Source: Bacteroidota bacterium
GTDB lineage: Bacteria; Bacteroidota; Bacteroidia; Chitinophagales; LD1
Length of the DNA: 64,000 bases
NCBI GenBank assembly: GCA_016722375.1
Contig: JADKJG010000005.1
Span: forward strand, 130,435 to 194,434
Direction of reading: 5' to 3'
Shown: in pieces, positions 50,032 to 58,116 of the stretch
Position numbering within the stretch: position 1 is the first letter of the stretch
Layout: every line of letters starts with the position of its first letter
Translations under genes and position numbers: made by a program
The notes under the pieces: model-generated
Databases searched by the model: none
What the model was told of the DNA's origin: nothing
Seen by the model: only the letters and a program-made list of their open reading frames with translations

Positions 50032-50282
50032 TTTATACTCGATTTCTTTTTGAAATTGGGACGTTAAAGTATCTATTTCCTGATAATCACCAATTGGCCA
50101 CTCCCCCGAAATCCGATTGTTAGATGGGCTAATCACTAATAAGGTTGGATATTCAAGACGAAATTTGTCTTTCCGGGGATGGAAACTTGCAGCGATGGAC
50201 ATCACTAAATAAAGAATAGGAAGCCCGGATAACATATAACCGTTCTTGAAATCTATATTTTCGCGACCTCAAAATAAAATTC

Positions 50283-51281
50283 ATGAAAGTAGCGGTGGTA
50301 GGTGCAACGGGTCTGGTGGGAGCCAAAATGTTGCAGGTTTTGGAAGAAAGGAACTTTCCTATTACTGAGTTGATTCCCGTAGCGTCAGAGAAATCTGTGG
50401 GGAATAAAATACTGTTCAAGGGTAAGGAGTATTTTGTGGTGGACATGAATACGGCTGTTGAAATGAGGCCAGCGATGGCTTTATTTTCTGCGGGAGGCAG
50501 CGCTTCCAGAGAGTGGGCCCCCAAGTTTGCCGAAGTCGGCACCGTAGTGATTGACAACTCTTCTGCCTGGAGAATGGAGCCGAATATTCCTTTGGTGGTG
50601 CCTGAAGTAAATGCGGAAATATTGACAGCAAAAGACAAAATCATTGCCAATCCGAATTGCTCTACTATTCAAATGGTGGTTGTGCTAAAGCCGCTGCACG
50701 ACAAATACAAAATTAAAAGAGTGGTGGTTTCCACATATCAAAGCGTAACCGGCACGGGCAAGAAGGCGGTAGATCAGTTAATGAATGAACGCGCCGGGAT
50801 AAAAGGTCTTATGGCCTATCCCTATCAGATTGATATGAACGCCCTGCCGCATATTGATGCTTTTCTTGAAAACGGCTACACGAAGGAAGAAATGAAAATG
50901 GTGAACGAAACGAAGAAAATTATGGGCGACGATTCCATTCGTATCACTGCCACCACGGTACGCATTCCTACTATCGGTGGTCATAGTGAAAGTGTGAATA
51001 TTGAGTTTGAGAAAGATTTTACCGAAACAGACGTTCGTGCTCTACTCGCAAAATCTCCGGGAGTAGTGGTCTATGATGACTTGCCAAACCTGAAATATCC
51101 CATGCCGATTTTGGCGCATGAAAAGGATGACACCTTTGTAGGTAGAATACGCCGCGATGAAAGCCAGCCCAATACCTTGAACTGCTGGATTGTTTCAGAT
51201 AATCTGCGCAAAGGTGCTGCGACCAATGCCGTACAGATTGCAGAATATCTGGTTGCAAAGAATTTACTCAGAACGGATTAA
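50283..51281 (+). CDS. asd: aspartate-semialdehyde dehydrogenase
   Basis: 'KVAVVGATGLVG', active site 'IANPNCSTIQMV', 'GHSESVNIEF'. Confidence 0.9.
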   Translation: MKVAVVGATGLVGAKMLQVLEERNFPITELIPVASEKSVGNKILFKGKEYFVVDMNTAVEMRPAMALFSAGGSASREWAPKFAEVGTVVIDNSSAWRMEPNIPLVVPEVNAEILTAKDKIIANPNCSTIQMVVVLKPLHDKYKIKRVVVSTYQSVTGTGKKAVDQLMNERAGIKGLMAYPYQIDMNALPHIDAFLENGYTKEEMKMVNETKKIMGDDSIRITATTVRIPTIGGHSESVNIEFEKDFTETDVRALLAKSPGVVVYDDLPNLKYPMPILAHEKDDTFVGRIRRDESQPNTLNCWIVSDNLRKGAATNAVQIAEYLVAKNLLRTD

Positions 51282-52207
51282 TCCTCCAACACAATATCAA
51301 ACTGTACCAGATCAATAAAATCTTTTACCCGGCCTTCGATATCATGATGGGAAAGAGTCTTCAATCTTTCCGTTCCAAATTTTTCTACACAGAAAGAAGC
51401 CATTGCTGAACCGTAAATAACGGCGCGTTTCATGTTTTCGAAAGAGATGTCGCGGCTTTTATCCAGATAGCCACAGAATCCTCCGGCAAAGGTATCGCCT
51501 GCGCCGGTCGGATCAAAAACTTCCTCCAGCGGAAGTGCCGGTGCAAAAAACACTTCATTTTCATGAAACAATAAAGCTCCATGTTCTCCTTTCTTTATCA
51601 CTAAATATTTAGGGCCCATCGCCAATACTTTCTTTGCCGCCTTCACGAGCGAATACTCATTGGCCAATTGACGGGCTTCCGCATCGTTTATGGTCAATAC
51701 ATCTACCAAGCCGATTACCTCTTTCAATTTATCAATAAATGGTTCGGTCATCCAGAAATTCATCGTGTCGAGCACAATCAACTTTGGTTTATCCTCCATC
51801 TGGCTAATCACATTCAACTGCAAAGCGGGATCAATATTCCCGAGCAGAACAATGTCACTGCCTTTATAAGAATCGGGTAAAATCGGATTGAATTCCAACA
51901 AAACATTCAATTCAGTCACTAGCGTATCGCGGCTATTCATATCGAGGTGATATTTTCCGCTCCAGAAAAAAGATTTCTTTCCTTTCTTGATTTCAATGCC
52001 GGTGGTATCTACTCCCCGAGCGCGCAACAAATCCAACTCATTCATGTCAAAATCATCACCGATTACAGAGACTATATTCACCTGCTTGGAAAAGTAAGAA
52101 GCGCTCCAGGCAATATAAGTAGCGGCTCCGCCCACTATTTTATCGGTTTTTCCAAAAGGGGTTTCGATAGCGTCAAAGGCGACGGTTCCAACGGTAAGTA
52201 AACTCAT
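51278..52207 (-). CDS. PfkB family carbohydrate kinase
   Basis: 'DPTGAGDTFAGGF' PfkB signature 2. The ATG at 52207 is preferred over the TTG at 52240. Confidence 0.8.
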   Translation of the reverse strand: MSLLTVGTVAFDAIETPFGKTDKIVGGAATYIAWSASYFSKQVNIVSVIGDDFDMNELDLLRARGVDTTGIEIKKGKKSFFWSGKYHLDMNSRDTLVTELNVLLEFNPILPDSYKGSDIVLLGNIDPALQLNVISQMEDKPKLIVLDTMNFWMTEPFIDKLKEVIGLVDVLTINDAEARQLANEYSLVKAAKKVLAMGPKYLVIKKGEHGALLFHENEVFFAPALPLEEVFDPTGAGDTFAGGFCGYLDKSRDISFENMKRAVIYGSAMASFCVEKFGTERLKTLSHHDIEGRVKDFIDLVQFDIVLED

Positions 52208-52242
52208 GATTTCGGTTATTGTTATTTTAAAAGCGCGCAAGA

Positions 52243-52273
52243 TTGTGGAATTTCGGTAGTAATTCTATTTTTG
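52243..52273 (+). promoter_or_regulatory. candidate Bacteroidota promoter for tRNA-Asn (-33 aTTG, -7 TAttTTTG)
   Basis: 'tatttttg' (52266-52273) matches TAnnTTTG and lies 8 nt upstream of the tRNA 5' end. 'attg' at 52242-52245 gives a spacing of about 20 nt. Confidence 0.45.
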
Positions 52274-52281
52274 TCCAAAAT

Positions 52282-52355
52282 TCCTCCTTAGCTCAGCTGG
52301 TTAGAGCACAAGACTGTTAATCTTGGGGTCCCTGGTTCGAGCCCAGGAGGGGGAG
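52282..52355 (+). tRNA. tRNA-Asn (anticodon GUU)
   Basis: TCCTCCTTAGCTCAGCTGGTTAGAGCACAAGACTGTTAATCTTGGGGTCCCTGGTTCGAGCCCAGGAGGGGGAG forms a clean cloverleaf with anticodon loop CTGTTAA. Confidence 0.95.
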
Positions 52356-52358
52356 CAG

Positions 52359-52389
52359 AAGCCTCGCATTAAGCGAGGCTTTATTGTTT
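52359..52389 (+). terminator. intrinsic terminator after tRNA-Asn
   Basis: aagcctcgc-attaa-gcgaggctt stem followed by tattgttt. Confidence 0.6.
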
Positions 52390-53073
52390 ATGACCCCTGC
52401 CGACCTCAAAATTCTTTACGAAGACAACCACATCATTGTCGTCAACAAGCCTGCTGGGGAAATCGTGCAGAGCGACAAATCGGGCAATCCCGGTTTGGAA
52501 GGGGTGGTGAAAGAATATCTCCGCATTCAATACAACAAAGCCGGCGAAGCCTTTCTGGGCGTGGCACACCGAATAGACCGGCCCGTGAGTGGCATCGTTA
52601 TTTTTGCCAAACGCAGCAAACCGCTGAAGCGGTTAAACGAAATGTTCCGCGAAAAGGAAATCAAAAAGACTTACTGGGCTGTGGTGGCTAATCTTCCCGA
52701 CCCGCTTTCCGGTCATTTGGTTCATTGGTTGAAAAAAAATGAACAGAAAAATATTTCGACCGGATATGATAAAGAGGTGAATGGCACATCAAAATGCGAA
52801 CTCGATTATCAATTACTGAAAAGCATTGACCGCTACCATCTACTCGAAATCAATCCGCTTACGGGTCGCCATCATCAAATTCGCGTACAACTTTCTAAAA
52901 TCGGTTGTTCCATTAAAGGCGATGTGAAATATGGCTCCAAACGCACCAACCCCGATGGTTCTATTTCCTCCACGCCCGCCGGTAGAGTTTATACACTGAT
53001 GAAAGAAGAGCGCATTATCATCGTAGCCCCGCCGCCCAACGAGGTGGTTTGGAATGCCTTTGGAATGGAATAG
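52390..53073 (+). CDS. RluA family pseudouridine synthase
   Basis: 'HIIVVNKPAG' and catalytic 'HRIDRPVSG'. There is a local frame anomaly near the C-terminus (see findings). Confidence 0.8.
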   Translation: MTPADLKILYEDNHIIVVNKPAGEIVQSDKSGNPGLEGVVKEYLRIQYNKAGEAFLGVAHRIDRPVSGIVIFAKRSKPLKRLNEMFREKEIKKTYWAVVANLPDPLSGHLVHWLKKNEQKNISTGYDKEVNGTSKCELDYQLLKSIDRYHLLEINPLTGRHHQIRVQLSKIGCSIKGDVKYGSKRTNPDGSISSTPAGRVYTLMKEERIIIVAPPPNEVVWNAFGME

Positions 53074-53102
53074 AATGCCGCAATGTCTTCCTCTTCGGGC
53101 TG

Positions 53103-53417
53103 TGATTAAGATAGCCGCTCTTTTGATTAAAACATCAGATGATTTGATCAGGATAGCGGATGCTGTGATTAATTAAGCAAAGCTTTCGATCAAGATAGCG
53201 GAAGATATGATTAAGAATGCCGCACTTATGATTAAGAAAGCGGCTGCCTTGATTAATATAACGAACGGCTTAATCAATATAGCGGCTACTGTGATTAAGA
53301 TAGCCGAAGATGTGATTGATATAGCAGCTTCTTTAATCAATATACCGGGGAAATTGATTAAGAATCGGGGGATTATGATTGATATTCCGGGGATTATTGT
53401 TGATAATCGTTTATGGC
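53103..53417. repeat. degenerate tandem array of 15 units in a strict 21-bp register (TGATTAAGATAGCGG core plus a variable ~6 nt)
   Basis: Unit starts fall at 53103+21n for n=0..14, e.g. tgattaagatagccgctcttt, tgattaagaatgccgcactta, tgattaagatagccgaagatg, tgattgatattccggggatta. Confidence 0.9.
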
Positions 53418-53566
53418 ATAGGGGTTTATGAGCATAGTGCCTAAATCATAGTATTTTGTAACATGAAAGAGCTGTTTTTGGGCGTTTAGACTTGTCCTTA
53501 ACTAGTTTCGGCGCTCTAGCTCACGTACCGATGGCCTTTCATTCTACAGGGTGCCTTTGACAGGGA

Positions 53567-53640
53567 GGCGGCTGTTTGTCCTCCGCTGGCGGAGGTGGAT
53601 TTTTCTGCGAGAGCAGAAAAAGACAGAGGTGGAATGTTTT
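53567..53640 (+). repeat. copy R1 of a ~75-bp two-hairpin GGAGG-rich element (5' flank of the DUF559 gene)
   Basis: ggcggctgtttgtcctccgctggcggaggtgg atttttctgcgagagcagaaaaagac agaggtggaat. It is about 90% identical to 54137-54212 by eye. Hairpins: cctccg/cggagg and tttttctgc-gaga-gcagaaaaa. Confidence 0.8.
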
Positions 53641-53654
53641 TATATTTTAGAAAA

Positions 53655-54065
53655 ATGAAAGCGGATAAATCAAATAACCACGCTTACAATAAAGACCATC
53701 AACCCTTTGCAAACAAACTGCGAAAGGAAATGACCAAAGCAGAAGCCTGCTTATGGAAATTTGCCTTGCGAGCAAAAGGAATGAAAGGATATCAGTTCCG
53801 TCGCGAGCGACCGGTGCTTCATTACATTGCCGATTTCATGTGTATGGAATTGAAACTGATAATTGAAGTAGATGGTTTAACGCATCAATGGGAAGAAACC
53901 CATGCGAAGGACAACAAGAAAGATGCAGATTTGAAGGCGGCTGGTTTTATAGTCCTCCGGTTTAATGATGATGAGGTATTGAAAAATATGGGACCGGTGA
54001 TAGCGCAAATTGAAAAAGTGATTGAAGAAATCGAAAAGCAGAAAATTCCACCCCCGTCCCGCTGA
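53655..54065 (+). CDS. DUF559 endonuclease-like (Vsr/restriction-endonuclease fold) protein
   Basis: 'LRKEMTKAEACLW...LRAKGMKGYQFRRERPVLHYIADFMCMELKLIIEVDGLTH...D..KDADLKAAGFIVLRFNDDEV' is the DUF559 pattern. The ATG at 53655 is preferred over the GTG at 53595, which lies inside repeat R1. Confidence 0.8.
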   Translation: MKADKSNNHAYNKDHQPFANKLRKEMTKAEACLWKFALRAKGMKGYQFRRERPVLHYIADFMCMELKLIIEVDGLTHQWEETHAKDNKKDADLKAAGFIVLRFNDDEVLKNMGPVIAQIEKVIEEIEKQKIPPPSR

Positions 54066-54106
54066 TAGAGGCGGTCCACCCCCGCCAGCGTGGGACAAAT
54101 GCAGTC
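54039..54106 (-). repeat. partial inverted copy of the two-hairpin element (3' flank of, and overlapping, the DUF559 gene end)
   Basis: cagaaaattccacccccgtc (54039-54058) resembles the reverse complement of gacggaggtggaatttttg. tccacccccgccagcgtgggacaaa (from 54075) resembles the reverse complement of tttgtcctccgctggcggaggtgga. Confidence 0.65.
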
Positions 54107-54136
54107 ATTCATTATAAAGACAGACTTAGATAGGAG

Positions 54137-54212
54137 GGCGGCTGTTTGTCCTCCGGCTGGCGGAGGTGTCTTTTTCTGCGGCAGCAGAAAAAGACGGAGG
54201 TGGAATTTTTGT
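54137..54212 (+). repeat. copy R2 of the two-hairpin GGAGG-rich element
   Basis: ggcggctgtttgtcctccggctggcggaggtgtctttttctgcggcagcagaaaaagacggaggtggaattttt is a direct repeat of R1. Confidence 0.8.
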
Positions 54213-54326
54213 CAGTAGGAGGATTCTCTCTTTTTCAAAACACTTTCTCTGCTTTGTACCGATGCCCAATTCCTCCAAGTGTTGCGCAGCGCAATGGAAG
54301 AACGGGACGCGAGCGAGGGCGAAAGT

Positions 54327-54989
54327 TCACAACAAAACAAAACCGGTAACAGGATGGATTTCCCAGCCGGTGGGAGTTTTAAGAGAAACGGCTCCATCCG
54401 TATAGCCTGAGCCGCCATGCTGATGCTGACTATCGAAAAGAAGAGAGCCCCGGATGGTAATTTTTATCGGGTGCAGCGTCAGGTTTTTGCCATAAGGTTT
54501 TGGTGGTTTGCCGCAGGAAGATGGCCCCCCGATTTCTTCTTCAAATTTTTCGCGTAGCTCCCTAAGGAGATGGTAGAAAGGATGAGTTTCGTCCAACGGA
54601 AGCCCGGCAACCTCCGCGCTGAACAAATTGCCTTTGCGATAATTGCGTTTATCGCCCAAAATTAAATGGTAATCATTATCCTCTTCCCTGGAAACCATGA
54701 AGAGATAAGCGGACGTGATGATCACATTGCGTTGTTCTGCCGCCACCCGCTCGCGATGCTCTCCCCTGCCCAAACCTTCCTGGACCGGTAGTGTGGCCAT
54801 GAGTTTCTTCGTGGTGGTGAATGATTCGAATGGTGTGTCCACCACGCACAGCTTGATGTCGCGCAGCATACATCCGTTAAAAATTGCTCCGTTGCAATCG
54901 TCTCCCCAATGCTCGCAAGTTTGTGCTGATGCAAAAAAACATACCAGTATGCCGAAAAAAGTAAGAAGGCGGATCATGAGGGGCTTCAT
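54327..54989 (-). CDS. exported Cys-containing protein, unknown function
   Basis: Signal peptide 'MKPLMIRLLTFFGILVCFFASAQ' from the ATG at 54989. Four Cys occur in the first 40 mature residues. I recognise no family. Confidence 0.5.
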   Translation of the reverse strand: MKPLMIRLLTFFGILVCFFASAQTCEHWGDDCNGAIFNGCMLRDIKLCVVDTPFESFTTTKKLMATLPVQEGLGRGEHRERVAAEQRNVIITSAYLFMVSREEDNDYHLILGDKRNYRKGNLFSAEVAGLPLDETHPFYHLLRELREKFEEEIGGPSSCGKPPKPYGKNLTLHPIKITIRGSLLFDSQHQHGGSGYTDGAVSLKTPTGWEIHPVTGFVLL

Positions 54990-55183
54990 AGAAATGAATT
55001 TTGCGAAAGGTAAGAAATTCATTCCTGCGCTATAGGAGGGCGAGTGGGATGATGAGCGGGGTTTGAAATAAATTTAGATTTGTTGGGTGGATAGGCGCAC
55101 TCTGAAAGAAGGTATACCGAGTATATGCCAGTTAGCGGCAAGCGTAATTAGACATAAAGCATTAATATTTTAATAATCAGTTA

Positions 55184-56389
55184 ATGGAAAAGAAAAAGGT
55201 TGAACCGCCGAAATATATTTTGATTCAAAGTGAATACACTTTGGCTTATACTGATGAAGAATGTCTCGTTAATGACAAGCCCTTTAAGAAAGAAGGAGAA
55301 ACTACTCCACCAAAGGAGCTTTGCTTTGAAATACAACAATCTTTTTTTTATGAAACATTTTTGAAAAGGCATTTCAAGAATGTAGTCGTATTGACGGCAG
55401 CAGGAACTTCTTTAGACAATGGAACTAAAGAAACAAACGGCAAAACAAGAGAAGGGCTATGGACATTATGCCAAGAGGAGATAGATGCTTTTGAAGATTC
55501 AATAAAAGAAATCAAAACAAAGGAATTCTACACGAATAAAGACATTGAAGGTTTACTTTCTCATATCATTTTATTTGAAAAATTAAATGGAGTAATAAAG
55601 AAAGGCGAAACAGTTTTAAGGGAAACACTTGAAGCAAAAATTGCAGAAGCGTGTAAATTGAAGTTGCAGCCGCAAGCACCACATAAAGATTTCTTAAATA
55701 AAATTACTGCAAGAAAACCAAGCGACCCAAGAGTTCAACTTTTTACAACCAACTATGATTTGCTTTTTGAATCAGCTGCTAATCAAGGTGGCTTTGTCGT
55801 AATTGACGGATTCTCATTTACTCAACCAAGGAAATTTTCAGGAAGATACTTTGACCTTGATATTGTCAATCGAGAGAAAACAAGAATAAAACAAGAAGAA
55901 AGTTTTGTATCAAAAGTCTTTCATTTCTACAAATTGCATGGTTCATTAAACTGGTGTAAAGACGATTCAAAAAGTATTGTACAGCAAGATAGCCCTAAAA
56001 AGCCATTGATAATTTATCCCGCAAGTGAAAAATATGAAAGTTCATACGAACAACCATACTTTGAAATGATGTCAAGATTTCAACAAGCACTACGGAAAGA
56101 AAATACTTTACTTGTCGTAATTGGTTTTGGTTTTCAAGACAAGCATATTCAAAACGCTATTATTGAAGCAGTGGAACAGAATCCGAGTTTCCAACTGATA
56201 ATAGTTAGCTACACTGGAAATGATAATGATGGCATTGACACAACTTCCTTAAAACAATTCTTTTCTGAAGAAGCAAGCAAGAAAGTTAAACGAAATGTAA
56301 ACATTGTATATGACAGCTTCAGTGGTTTTACAAAAAAATATCCATCTAACTACACCTATATAGAACCCAATAAAGAATCAAGCCAATGA
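55184..56389 (+). CDS. SIR2-like (SIR2_2-type) NAD+-binding/NADase-fold protein; putative defense effector
   Basis: Ordered sirtuin-type motifs: 'VVLTAAGTS' (aa 68-76), 'TTNYD' (aa 188-192), 'YKLHGS' (aa 249-254), 'LLVVIGFGFQD'. The stop overlaps the next gene's start. Confidence 0.8.
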   Translation: MEKKKVEPPKYILIQSEYTLAYTDEECLVNDKPFKKEGETTPPKELCFEIQQSFFYETFLKRHFKNVVVLTAAGTSLDNGTKETNGKTREGLWTLCQEEIDAFEDSIKEIKTKEFYTNKDIEGLLSHIILFEKLNGVIKKGETVLRETLEAKIAEACKLKLQPQAPHKDFLNKITARKPSDPRVQLFTTNYDLLFESAANQGGFVVIDGFSFTQPRKFSGRYFDLDIVNREKTRIKQEESFVSKVFHFYKLHGSLNWCKDDSKSIVQQDSPKKPLIIYPASEKYESSYEQPYFEMMSRFQQALRKENTLLVVIGFGFQDKHIQNAIIEAVEQNPSFQLIIVSYTGNDNDGIDTTSLKQFFSEEASKKVKRNVNIVYDSFSGFTKKYPSNYTYIEPNKESSQ

Positions 56390-58044
56390 ATCCCTTTAAT
56401 CATAATTACTTTTTGGGCTACATCAATGAAGTTTCACCACAATATGTGAAAGTTCATTTTCCATCTTCAAACTTATTAGAAAAATTTAGTCACCAAGGAG
56501 TTTTTTATGCTGGCGGAAATGTTGGAAATTTCATTGTGATTGAAGGAGAAGAAATCGGATTTCTTGCACGGGTAATTGAAATTGAGTTGCCTGATGGCGA
56601 AAGAAAATCAATAAGTGAAAAAGCAATTCAACATGATGAAACTACTTTTCATCCTTCTGGCAAGGCAGAGTTATTATTAAGTTTCAGTGTATTTGAACCA
56701 CAGAAAACAGAAAAGACTGTTTCAAAATATCCCGCAATTGGTGCAAAAGTTTACTCATGTTCAGATGAACAAATTGCAATTTATGTAAAGGAGTTTGGAA
56801 AGAAAAAAGATGAATCAGAAAATGTTTACGCTGATTTAGGTAAGCTGACTTCCAATGATGCGGCCTGCAAAGTTTCAATGAATTCAATTTTTGGACGACA
56901 TTGTGCAATAGTCGGAACAACAGGAGGTGGAAAGAGTTGGACAGTTGCAAAGTTGATTGATGAAGTAAAGGCCAAAACAGACAATAAAGTAATTCTCATT
57001 GATGCAACAGGTGAATACAAAAGTGTTTTCACTAATAATGTCGTTTTTGGTATTGATACTTCATTTCCTTTTAAATATCTTTCAAATAGTGATTTTTGTT
57101 TTCTTTTTCAAGAACACTCTCCAAATACAGTGGGCGCACTTTGCGATGCAATTCATAGTCTGAAATTAATTGAACTCGTGGCAATCACTGACGGCATTAA
57201 AATTGGCAAAAATCAAGACAATTGCACAAGGTTGGTAAGGGATAATGTTCACAAATTCAGGAATTGCAATTTCAAAATTGAAAATCTTGCATCACAAGTT
57301 GCAAATGAATGTGTAAGAGTTGGGAGGGGAAATAATTATGAAGAGGATAGTTTTAAACTTGGTTATACATCCCACTTAATTTCAAGAATCAATTTGCTTT
57401 TAAATAATCATATTGTTTGCTCGGCATTAGGTATAAAAACTACTTCAAGCTCTGAAACAAAGGACATTATAACTGTGCTTGATGACTTTTTAAAACCAAG
57501 TAATAAGAAATCAGTATTAAGAATAGGATTTGAAAAGTTATCGTATGATTTTGCAATTAGAGAACTTATCGTTGACTTTCTTTCTTCACACCTTTTAAAA
57601 AAATCAAGAGAAGATAAGTTTATCGCAAATCCTTTAATCCTTTTTATCGATGAAGCACATCAATTTCTAAATAAAAGAATTAATGCAGAAGACAATACTA
57701 CATTCTCTTTACAGAATATTGACCTGATTGCTAAAGAATGTCGAAAGTATGGTTTGTTTCTTTGCTTAGCCACACAAATGCCAAGAGACATACCAGTTGG
57801 AACTCTAAGCCAAATGGGAACTTTCATTGTTCATAGGCTAATAAACGAACAGGATAAAAAATCGATTGAGAACGCGGCTTCATCAGCAAATAAAAGCGTG
57901 TTAGGATTTCTTCCAACTTTAGGTGAAGGGGAAGCATTATTAGTTGGAGTTGATTTTCCAATGCCATTATTAGTTAAGATTACAGAACCGGAAAAGAAAC
58001 CGCAATCAAATACACCAAGACTTAAATCAAAAGCAATAAAATAA
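56386..58044 (+). CDS. HerA-like (DUF87/FtsK-HerA superfamily) ATPase; putative partner of the SIR2 protein
   Basis: N-terminal barrel-like segment (YINEVSPQYVKVHF...GNFIVIEGEEIGFLARVIEIEL), Walker A 'GTTGGGKS' (nt 56914-56937), Walker B 'LILFIDEAH' (nt 57634-57660). ATGA overlap with the upstream gene. Confidence 0.85.
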   Translation: MNPFNHNYFLGYINEVSPQYVKVHFPSSNLLEKFSHQGVFYAGGNVGNFIVIEGEEIGFLARVIEIELPDGERKSISEKAIQHDETTFHPSGKAELLLSFSVFEPQKTEKTVSKYPAIGAKVYSCSDEQIAIYVKEFGKKKDESENVYADLGKLTSNDAACKVSMNSIFGRHCAIVGTTGGGKSWTVAKLIDEVKAKTDNKVILIDATGEYKSVFTNNVVFGIDTSFPFKYLSNSDFCFLFQEHSPNTVGALCDAIHSLKLIELVAITDGIKIGKNQDNCTRLVRDNVHKFRNCNFKIENLASQVANECVRVGRGNNYEEDSFKLGYTSHLISRINLLLNNHIVCSALGIKTTSSSETKDIITVLDDFLKPSNKKSVLRIGFEKLSYDFAIRELIVDFLSSHLLKKSREDKFIANPLILFIDEAHQFLNKRINAEDNTTFSLQNIDLIAKECRKYGLFLCLATQMPRDIPVGTLSQMGTFIVHRLINEQDKKSIENAASSANKSVLGFLPTLGEGEALLVGVDFPMPLLVKITEPEKKPQSNTPRLKSKAIK

Positions 58045-58116
58045 CTTACCAACTCGGCTGAAACGGAGCTAACGCAGAGCGACGAGGATGTGTAAGGGTT
58101 TGCATTTGTAAATGCC

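Noticed and set aside
52323-52691. ORF 52323..52691 (+) beginning inside tRNA-Asn
   Set aside because: It overlaps the tRNA and its terminator, is out of frame with the well-supported RluA-family gene, and is Arg/Gln-rich low-complexity sequence.
54146-54418. ORFs 54146..54349, 54166..54405 (+) and 54212..54418 (-)
   Set aside because: They start inside repeat copy R2; their N-termini mirror the spurious N-terminal extension of the DUF559 ORF ('SAAAEKDGGG' versus 'SARAEKDRGG'). They also overlap each other and the 3' end of the 54327..54989 gene.
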